The notes under the pieces were generated by a model. It was not told where the DNA came from. It saw nothing but the letters and a program-made list of their open reading frames with translations, and did no database searches. Source: a virus (lineage: Duplodnaviria > Caudoviricetes). Taken from it: a stretch of DNA of 27,986 nucleotides. The stretch lies in IMG/VR virus record IMGVR_UViG_3300032130_000407, positions 1 to 27,986 of that record. The stretch is one strand, 5' to 3'. The translations under genes and the position numbers were made by a program. Every line of letters starts with the position of its first letter. The stretch's first letter is position 1. Shown one piece after another: positions 1 to 5,277 of this stretch.

Positions 1-168
1 TATGACGATATGCCAGTCAGTATTTTTCAGCCAATGTTCGACTGTATGACTGCCGATAAACCCGAGGCCACCGGTCAGAAGAACACGCGTACCCATGTCA
101 GTTATCTTTCCATGTTTCCGTCAGGTGTTGAGGCCATCGGATACGAACAAGATTTAGAATCCACCTAA
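1..168 (+). CDS. 3' end of a hypothetical protein (partial)
   Basis: Frame 1 is open from base 1 (YDDMPVSIFQPMFD...EQDLEST) to TAA 166-168; its stop overlaps a convergent stop. Confidence 0.5.
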   Translation, partial: YDDMPVSIFQPMFDCMTADKPEATGQKNTRTHVSYLSMFPSGVEAIGYEQDLEST

Positions 169-269
169 CCATTTTTCTTTTGCCTTCTTCTTTTACTGAT
201 GTATGAGAATCCCAACCATTCCAATACTACTAAACATCCCGCCGCGATGTATGTCAGGGTTGTCTTCAC
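165..269 (-). CDS. 34-aa single-pass membrane peptide, leaderless
   Basis: GTG start, MKTTLTYIAAGCLVVLEWLGFSYISKRRRQKKNG; hydrophobic stretch plus basic tail; TGG-TAATCT extended -10 lies 6 nt upstream; below ORF track cutoff. Confidence 0.6.
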   Translation of the reverse strand: MKTTLTYIAAGCLVVLEWLGFSYISKRRRQKKNG

Positions 270-324
270 GCTCTGAGATTACCACTTACACACAGGGTAA
301 TAGTTGGATCATTCAAGACGGAGG

Positions 325-353
325 TTGTGAAACGCGTTAGCGGTCGATATAGT
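325..353 (+). promoter_or_regulatory. sigma70/SigA-type promoter
   Basis: TTGTGA (325-330), 17 bp spacer, TATAGT (348-353). Confidence 0.6.
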
Positions 354-360
354 TCCTGTT

Positions 361-490
361 GGCTTTCCGGTGGCCGTGGTCAGTACGCGTGCTGACTCAC
401 CGGGCGCTTCCCTGTCTGTGTGATGACAGGGTGGGAGTTGCCGGTCCCCATGAGAGCAGAAGGGTTGCGTCCCCTGCGACTGGCACCACC
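361..490 (+). ncRNA. candidate structured ncRNA (three hairpins)
   Basis: Stems 367-372/398-403 with 379-385/390-396; 410-416/425-431; 439-446/478-485 with 456-459/474-477 and 462-464/471-473; G-U pairs work on + strand; follows a promoter; no convincing ORF. Confidence 0.55.
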
Positions 491-491
491 A

Positions 492-540
492 TGTGACTCT
501 TGTCACAGAGGTTGGTTTTCTGCAAGTCACCCTCTAGTAT
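492..540 (+). promoter_or_regulatory. promoter module P1 with TGTGAC-N4-GTCACA palindrome
   Basis: Palindrome 492-507, TTGGTT -35, 17 bp, TAGTAT 535-540; 37/49 ungapped identity to 2947-2995. Confidence 0.75.
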
Positions 541-548
541 GCCCCTTA

Positions 549-657
549 GCAGATCATCGGGGTCTATGACTGATGTCCCGTGGCACATACATCCACTCCC
601 GCAAGGGCCGTGGTTAGGAGTGCCCTATGACAATGGTCCCGTACCCCGATGGTCTGC
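549..657 (+). ncRNA. candidate rod-shaped structured RNA / 5' leader
   Basis: Nested stems 549-563/643-657 (15 bp), 568-577/629-638, 582-586/620-624, 593-596/610-613, 598-600/605-607 capped by GCAA; begins about 8 nt after the -10 of P1. Confidence 0.65.
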
Positions 658-681
658 GCCATTCTCAATGAAGGAGAGAAC

Positions 682-882
682 ATGCACATACATACCAGCG
701 ACATCACGATCACGATGAACGGCGATGAAGCCGAACTGCTGGGAGAGTTCCTAGCGAACTTCCTTGGTACCGATCCTGACAAGCACACCGTTATCAAGAC
801 GGCGTTGCCGCGGGATGACGGCGTAGCCCCCCGATGGGAAGGCTTGCGTACATTGTACGACGCGGTTTGGGCAAGGATTTAA
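682..882 (+). CDS. hypothetical protein (66 aa)
   Basis: GAAGGAG RBS at 670-676, ATG 682 within ORF 649..882. Confidence 0.75.
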   Translation: MHIHTSDITITMNGDEAELLGEFLANFLGTDPDKHTVIKTALPRDDGVAPRWEGLRTLYDAVWARI

Positions 883-886
883 TGCC

Positions 887-908
887 GGGGGCTTCGGCCC
901 CCTCCCCT
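887..908 (+). repeat. intergenic hairpin repeat copy 1 (UUCG loop)
   Basis: GGGGGC-TTCG-GCCCCC-TCCCCT, 4 nt after stop, runs directly into ATG 909. Confidence 0.9.
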
Positions 909-1178
909 ATGAACACAACTGAGCAAGACATTACCTACGAAGTAGGCAACCGGGTGAAGTTCCAGACGGATGACGATAAGCCAAACTATTCATTCCATCC
1001 CCGAACCTGTGGCACCGTCACGGGCATTACCGATACCGGACAGATTGAGATACTGGTACCGGGCGTGAGGGCAAATAGTAACTGGACCCGCGATCCTGAG
1101 GAACTACACATCGCAACCGAAGAGGAATACCGCGCGTATTCGTCTTTTCCCAGCGCCGGAGCGCAAGCACGGTTCTGA
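909..1178 (+). CDS. hypothetical protein, possibly SH3/KOW-like beta barrel
   Basis: YEVGNRVKF...GTVTGI pattern; start may instead be ATG 882 (TAATG overlap), in which case the repeat is translated. Confidence 0.65.
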   Translation: MNTTEQDITYEVGNRVKFQTDDDKPNYSFHPRTCGTVTGITDTGQIEILVPGVRANSNWTRDPEELHIATEEEYRAYSSFPSAGAQARF

Positions 1179-1182
1179 TAAT

Positions 1183-1220
1183 GGGGGGCGCAAGCCCCCT
1201 CCCCCTTACTAACGAAGGAG
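1183..1220 (+). repeat. hairpin repeat copy 2 (GCAA loop) with RBS tail
   Basis: GGGGGGC-GCAA-GCCCCC-TCCCCCTT-ACTAACG-AAGGAG. Confidence 0.9.
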
Positions 1221-1227
1221 TAAGCAA

Positions 1228-1638
1228 ATGCTAGACACAACACAACAGGTCACGACCGAGCGTTACGGCTCAGGCCATAAGCATGTTGATGCAGCAAGCA
1301 TCGTTACCGATGTTGATGTCGTTGTTGAGGAAATGTTTTTTCAAGACGGCGATTATTGCGACACGGCAGACGAGGCTACGAGTGCGCATCGCAAGAGCAT
1401 CCATTTCCTTATAGATAATTTCAGCAATTTCTATGAGAGCGGACTGGTCGGAGTATGGATGCGTTCCGATTCCGGCTGGACAGACGGCGACGAACTTAGA
1501 GATGAAGATGGCAATTTTATTTTCAGTCGTAGCCAATCGCATGAAGGTCCGAAGGTTGTCTTGACACAAGATTCAGTCAAGAAACTCATTCAGGCTTTGG
1601 CATCAGCAGCCCGCCTAAAGGTGGAGATAGAACGATAA
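1228..1638 (+). CDS. hypothetical protein (136 aa)
   Basis: Strong RBS AAGGAG, ORF bounded by repeats. Confidence 0.8.
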   Translation: MLDTTQQVTTERYGSGHKHVDAASIVTDVDVVVEEMFFQDGDYCDTADEATSAHRKSIHFLIDNFSNFYESGLVGVWMRSDSGWTDGDELRDEDGNFIFSRSQSHEGPKVVLTQDSVKKLIQALASAARLKVEIER

Positions 1639-1643
1639 CGATT

Positions 1644-1668
1644 GGGGGGCGCAAGCCCCCTACCCCTT
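1644..1668 (+). repeat. hairpin repeat copy 3 (GCAA loop)
   Basis: GGGGGGC-GCAA-GCCCCC-TACCCCTT; followed by promoter module, not RBS. Confidence 0.9.
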
Positions 1669-1676
1669 GAACCTAA

Positions 1677-1726
1677 TGTGACGAATGTCACCTATCAACC
1701 TCAGGTCTAAGCGACCTTGATATAGG
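1677..1726 (+). promoter_or_regulatory. promoter module P2 with TGTGAC-N4-GTCAC palindrome
   Basis: TGTGAC-GAAT-GTCACC 1677-1692; AAGCGACC at same offset as AAGTCACC in P1; -10 is less clear (TATAGG 1721-1726). Confidence 0.55.
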
Positions 1727-1778
1727 TGTAAGCACGAATACGCCCGGTCAACCGGCTGGGTGAAGGAGGAATGAGCCT

Positions 1779-2507
1779 ATGAAAGCAGCAGACGTACAGC
1801 CGAACACGATCTATCGTGTCGGCAAGAAGGACGACCCCGGACATTTGGAGTTCGTCCAGACCACAAGCAAGCCCATCATGGAGCCGGAATACCGCAGCGA
1901 CAGGATCAGCCATGTCAACGCCTACCCAATCAAATGGGTGGACGGCGAAGTGGTAGCCATCAAGCGTATGCATGTGTATAAAGACGCACATTACAGCGGA
2001 ACGCCGGGAGCGAAGAAGCGAGACTGTAAGGTATATGCCTTGCAGAAGATTCAGCCATTCACCCAATTGAATTGGCCGGAACCGGTTGAAGGTGTCAACT
2101 ATGGGTATGGAAACACCATACCCGTAGTCGGAGCCGAGATTGGTAGTCCTGCCTTGGCTGACTGCGAACATGAATGGGTCAAGAAGGAGCGCAACAAGAA
2201 ACGTTGTGAAGCGACCTCAGATAATACAGAGGCCGACTACACGGCAAGGTGGGAAAAGATTAACCTAGCCACCTTGGAACTGTTGGGTATCTTCCAACCT
2301 AACCCAATCAATTATTATGAATGGCATCACGATTTTGACGAGGCTTTTGAAAAGCACGGCTACGTCGATGAGATTGCTAGGGATTTGGCGTATGACAAGA
2401 AATTCGGATTCACGCGGGATCGCGTCTACATGAACGATTTGTCAATCGACACGATTGAAAAGATCAACGATTTGGTGAACTGGAAAGAGGATAACGCTTT
2501 CCTGTAA
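1779..2507 (+). CDS. hypothetical protein (242 aa)
   Basis: RBS AAGGAGG, long ORF ending before repeat copy 4. Confidence 0.8.
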   Translation: MKAADVQPNTIYRVGKKDDPGHLEFVQTTSKPIMEPEYRSDRISHVNAYPIKWVDGEVVAIKRMHVYKDAHYSGTPGAKKRDCKVYALQKIQPFTQLNWPEPVEGVNYGYGNTIPVVGAEIGSPALADCEHEWVKKERNKKRCEATSDNTEADYTARWEKINLATLELLGIFQPNPINYYEWHHDFDEAFEKHGYVDEIARDLAYDKKFGFTRDRVYMNDLSIDTIEKINDLVNWKEDNAFL

Positions 2508-2513
2508 ACCGTT

Positions 2514-2551
2514 GGGGGGCTTCGGCCCCCCTCCCCTTACTAACGAAGGAG
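2514..2551 (+). repeat. hairpin repeat copy 4 (UUCG loop) with RBS tail
   Basis: GGGGGGC-TTCG-GCCCCCC-TCCCCTT-ACTAACG-AAGGAG. Confidence 0.9.
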
Positions 2552-2557
2552 TTAGAA

Positions 2558-2842
2558 ATGAACATCAGCGAACTGACAGAACACAACGACGTTCAACTGG
2601 TAGACGGACGATACGGTTATACCTCAGGACAAGATGGGGAGACTTGTCCGTTCGGCTGCATGGAGTGGTCGGCTAGCGCCTCAGGCGAAAAAATTGAAGG
2701 ATCGGAGATGTGGCAATACTACATGAACTGTTGCCGATCTGATTTCATCGCCCAAGCGCCAGACGGCAGGCTCACCATCAGCAGCATTGTCGTCAATGAA
2801 GCCATCGACAAAGCCGAATGGGACGACGAAGACGAAGAGTAA
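2558..2842 (+). CDS. hypothetical protein (94 aa, Cys-containing)
   Basis: Strong RBS; CPFGC and CC motifs; bounded by repeats. Confidence 0.8.
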   Translation: MNISELTEHNDVQLVDGRYGYTSGQDGETCPFGCMEWSASASGEKIEGSEMWQYYMNCCRSDFIAQAPDGRLTISSIVVNEAIDKAEWDDEDEE

Positions 2843-2846
2843 TGCC

Positions 2847-2871
2847 GGGGGGCGTAAGCCCCCTGCCCCTT
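2847..2871 (+). repeat. hairpin repeat copy 5 (GUAA loop)
   Basis: GGGGGGC-GTAA-GCCCCC-TGCCCCTT; followed by promoter module. Confidence 0.9.
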
Positions 2872-2946
2872 TGCAAATTGTTCACGAATTTTGATTTCAC
2901 CCGAGGGATTCAAAAACCTTAGACCCTGAAATGTAAAGAAGAATCT

Positions 2947-2995
2947 TGTGACATCTGTCACACAGGTTGTTATTATGCTAGTCACCCCTTACAAT
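2947..2995 (+). promoter_or_regulatory. promoter module P3 with TGTGAC-N4-GTCACA palindrome
   Basis: Palindrome 2947-2962, TTGTTA -35, 17 bp, TACAAT 2990-2995; aligns ungapped to P1. Confidence 0.75.
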
Positions 2996-3020
2996 AGATA
3001 GCCAACTACGAAGGAGAAGT

Positions 3021-3284
3021 ATGAGCGGAATCATTTACGAATCCGAAACTGGCGATGGTCTTGGTCGATTTATGATTGACCTTGGCGATAGCCGAAACAT
3101 GACAGTCAACGTGACCAGCGAGGGCGTCATCATGGATGTCTTTGAGCGCCAGCCTGAGGGTGGAGACTACGACTTGCTCAATACGTCCGACGAGGATGTT
3201 CACCTTGGCACGATGGGAATGACATTCGATGAGTGGGCCGACGAGGTTGTCTCATTCGATAGTCCAACTAAACTGTCAGCATGA
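3021..3284 (+). CDS. hypothetical acidic protein (87 aa)
   Basis: RBS GAAGGAG at 3010-3016. Confidence 0.8.
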   Translation: MSGIIYESETGDGLGRFMIDLGDSRNMTVNVTSEGVIMDVFERQPEGGDYDLLNTSDEDVHLGTMGMTFDEWADEVVSFDSPTKLSA

Positions 3285-3400
3285 GGTTTCTACTCATGGC
3301 AGTTATCTTCATGGCATCCTCAACGGCTATGGGTTTGCTCATAGGCATGGGGCTTACACAAAGCCTGCCTTCCGTAAAGAAGTGGAAGTCAATATATTAA
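3281..3400 (+). CDS. 39-aa membrane peptide
   Basis: ATGA overlap with upstream gene; MRFLLMAVIFMASSTAMGLLIGMGLTQSLPSVKKWKSIY; stop directly precedes repeat copy 6. Confidence 0.65.
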   Translation: MRFLLMAVIFMASSTAMGLLIGMGLTQSLPSVKKWKSIY

Positions 3401-3403
3401 ACA

Positions 3404-3443
3404 GGGGGGCTTCGGCCCCCCTCCCCTTAACCGATAGAAGGAG
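3404..3443 (+). repeat. hairpin repeat copy 6 (UUCG loop) with RBS tail
   Basis: GGGGGGC-TTCG-GCCCCCC-TCCCCTT-AACCGATAG-AAGGAG. Confidence 0.9.
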
Positions 3444-3447
3444 CAAT

Positions 3448-3723
3448 ATGACTACAAACATACTTGTGGTTTTGGACGGAGGACTCGTACAAGAAGTACG
3501 AACCGACGGACCAATCCATGACATAAACGTCGTCATCGTAGATCACGATGCGGAGACAATGAACTGGGGACAGCCTACTTTGGATGGCCCGCCAGATGGA
3601 ACGATCACCATGCCTAACGGCACGGAGGCGTTTACCCATCAGGCTTGGGTAGGTCCATTGGATCTGGACGCACCAGACACGAAAGTTGTCTTCGATCATT
3701 ACACGGAAGCAGCAGGAGTATGA
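3448..3723 (+). CDS. hypothetical protein (91 aa)
   Basis: ATG 3448 after AAGGAG; ILVVLDGGLVQEV...VVIVDHD. Confidence 0.8.
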   Translation: MTTNILVVLDGGLVQEVRTDGPIHDINVVIVDHDAETMNWGQPTLDGPPDGTITMPNGTEAFTHQAWVGPLDLDAPDTKVVFDHYTEAAGV

Positions 3724-3905
3724 GTAGGGATTATGTAGCGAATCCAGACTTCTGTCCTGTCTGTGGATACGATGAGATCACAGCACACCAATGCGAACTA
3801 GACGGAACTGACGGATATCAGGCTGTTACCTGTGACCATTGTGATGCTGAATGGCATGACCTATGGACATTGACAGGCTACGAACTAGTAGTGGAGGCAG
3901 CATGA
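3720..3905 (+). CDS. small zinc-ribbon protein (61 aa)
   Basis: ATGA overlap; CPVCG...CDHC. Confidence 0.75.
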   Translation: MSRDYVANPDFCPVCGYDEITAHQCELDGTDGYQAVTCDHCDAEWHDLWTLTGYELVVEAA

Positions 3906-4258
3906 TTGAACTAATCAGAGGCGACCGTAAGGTCGAATGGGTTGACATAGGAGAAGGCTGGAACGGTAACTACGATCCAGACGATCCAGACGATACAGCG
4001 TTGCTACGTTTCGACGTTCTGGAACTGACGAACATTCACGGACTTTTTTCGGACAGTCCTGTAATGGAGTGGGAAGTTTTGGACGACGCGTCGTACTGTA
4101 CGCAGATGCCAGCGGATTCGTCCGACGACATTCTGCGTCAGGCAGCCGAGATCATTATGAACGCCACCTATGGCAAGAAAAATATCAAGAAGATTTGCGA
4201 AGAACTGTCTTGGATTTCACCGGGATGGTTGGAGCAACCTAAACAAGAAGGAAACTAA
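3902..4258 (+). CDS. hypothetical protein (118 aa)
   Basis: GGAGG RBS, ATGA overlap. Confidence 0.8.
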   Translation: MIELIRGDRKVEWVDIGEGWNGNYDPDDPDDTALLRFDVLELTNIHGLFSDSPVMEWEVLDDASYCTQMPADSSDDILRQAAEIIMNATYGKKNIKKICEELSWISPGWLEQPKQEGN

Positions 4259-4260
4259 CT

Positions 4261-4344
4261 GTGGACTTTAAGGCAAGAGGCGCATTTTTCGGAGTCAAGA
4301 AACTTGTGACTGGCGGGAAGAAACGCCGCAAGCGCAAGCGGTAA
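4261..4344 (+). CDS. 27-aa basic peptide
   Basis: GAAGGA RBS, GTG start, MDFKARGAFFGVKKLVTGGKKRRKRKR; stop directly precedes repeat copy 7. Confidence 0.55.
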   Translation: MDFKARGAFFGVKKLVTGGKKRRKRKR

Positions 4345-4347
4345 TCC

Positions 4348-4390
4348 GGGGGGGCGAAAGCCCCCCTCCCCTTAACCGATTTGAAAGGAG
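4348..4390 (+). repeat. hairpin repeat copy 7 (GAAA loop) with RBS tail
   Basis: GGGGGGGC-GAAA-GCCCCCC-TCCCCTT-AACCGATTTGA-AAGGAG. Confidence 0.9.
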
Positions 4391-4396
4391 TCCAAC

Positions 4397-4795
4397 ATGG
4401 GCGACAGAGGTAACATAGAAATCGTACAAGGCACACGATGGGCAGGCGAAGGTCAAGAGCCACGCCCAATGGACAGCGTGTTCCTGTATACGCATTGGCG
4501 AGGTAGCCAAGTAGCGCAGATTCTTGCCAGCGCGTTGGAGAAAAGTGGAATCAGGAGCGGCGATCCGTCGTACTTGACTCGCATAATCTTCAATGAATTG
4601 CAAGGCGATGATCGCACAACCACAGGGTTCGGCATCAGCGTCGGGCATCCAGATGACAACGAATACTCAATTCCGAAGGTTATCTGGCAACGCGATAATG
4701 AAGACAGACAAGAACTGCGGATTCTTTACAATGGTAGAGATTACTCACCAGATGAATTTGTAGCAGAATACGCCAACAGAGAACAGTTGGTATAA
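4397..4795 (+). CDS. hypothetical phage protein (132 aa)
   Basis: Strong RBS; MGDR...VFLYTHWRG N-terminus resembles uncharacterised phage proteins (from recall). Confidence 0.8.
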   Translation: MGDRGNIEIVQGTRWAGEGQEPRPMDSVFLYTHWRGSQVAQILASALEKSGIRSGDPSYLTRIIFNELQGDDRTTTGFGISVGHPDDNEYSIPKVIWQRDNEDRQELRILYNGRDYSPDEFVAEYANREQLV

Positions 4796-4806
4796 GATCA
4801 CACATC

Positions 4807-4850
4807 GAAAGCGCCGGGGGTTCTCCTTCCCCCCGGCGCTTTCCCCTTTT
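4807..4850 (+). terminator. intrinsic terminator-like hairpin closing the small-gene array
   Basis: Perfect 14-bp stem 4807-4820/4830-4843, loop TTCTCCTTC, then CCCTTTT. Confidence 0.75.
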
Positions 4851-4866
4851 ATGATATGATTACGGC

Positions 4867-5277
4867 ATGATACGAGTAACTGGAACCATCCCCGCGTCAG
4901 AAGGCGTCGCAGAAGAATTTCGTCCCTTAGAAATTCACGTTACTTCTGATGGAAAAGGTATTGAACTTTCTAAATCGCCGGGTGCCGGGCCTAGAGATTC
5001 CGAATCATTTGATTTGTCCTACACCAAAGAAGAAGGATGGACAGATCCCGACGCCCGCATCCTAATGAAAATCAGTAGGAAAATGCGTGGGGTAACAGAC
5101 GTTCGACTTCTACCTTATCGGGGAGGTCACAGAACCATCCAACCAACTCTTGACGGTACCGAAGAAGAAGTTGCTTCTACCATTGTAGCCATCGGGGGAC
5201 GAATCCATCCGTCTATTGAGGATTTGAATGTTGAATCAGATTCACCAATAGGGGATGAACCCGACAAATTGCATTAA
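4867..5277 (+). CDS. hypothetical protein (136 aa), leaderless
   Basis: TGA-TATGAT extended -10 at 4852-4860, ATG 6 nt later, no RBS. Confidence 0.75.
   Translation: MIRVTGTIPASEGVAEEFRPLEIHVTSDGKGIELSKSPGAGPRDSESFDLSYTKEEGWTDPDARILMKISRKMRGVTDVRLLPYRGGHRTIQPTLDGTEEEVASTIVAIGGRIHPSIEDLNVESDSPIGDEPDKLH

Noticed and set aside
430-491. tRNA or tmRNA 3' end suggested by CACCA
   Set aside because: No TTCRA T-loop or cloverleaf
606-620. CGTGGTTAGG resembling a pistol ribozyme 5' end
   Set aside because: The remaining pistol elements and pseudoknot partner are absent
309-718. ORFs 309..530, 397..588 and 500..718
   Set aside because: No RBS, alternative starts, overlap promoter and structured elements
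3229-3447. N-terminal extension of ORF 3229..3723
   Set aside because: Reads through a repeat; ATG 3448 has a strong RBS and a separate 39-aa ORF fills the gap
887-4373. Hairpin repeats as a CRISPR array
   Set aside because: Intervals are about 300-950 bp and contain whole genes; loops vary; no cas genes
887-4373. Repeats as integron attC sites
   Set aside because: No RYYYAAC/GTTRRRY ends, stems are too short, no integrase in window
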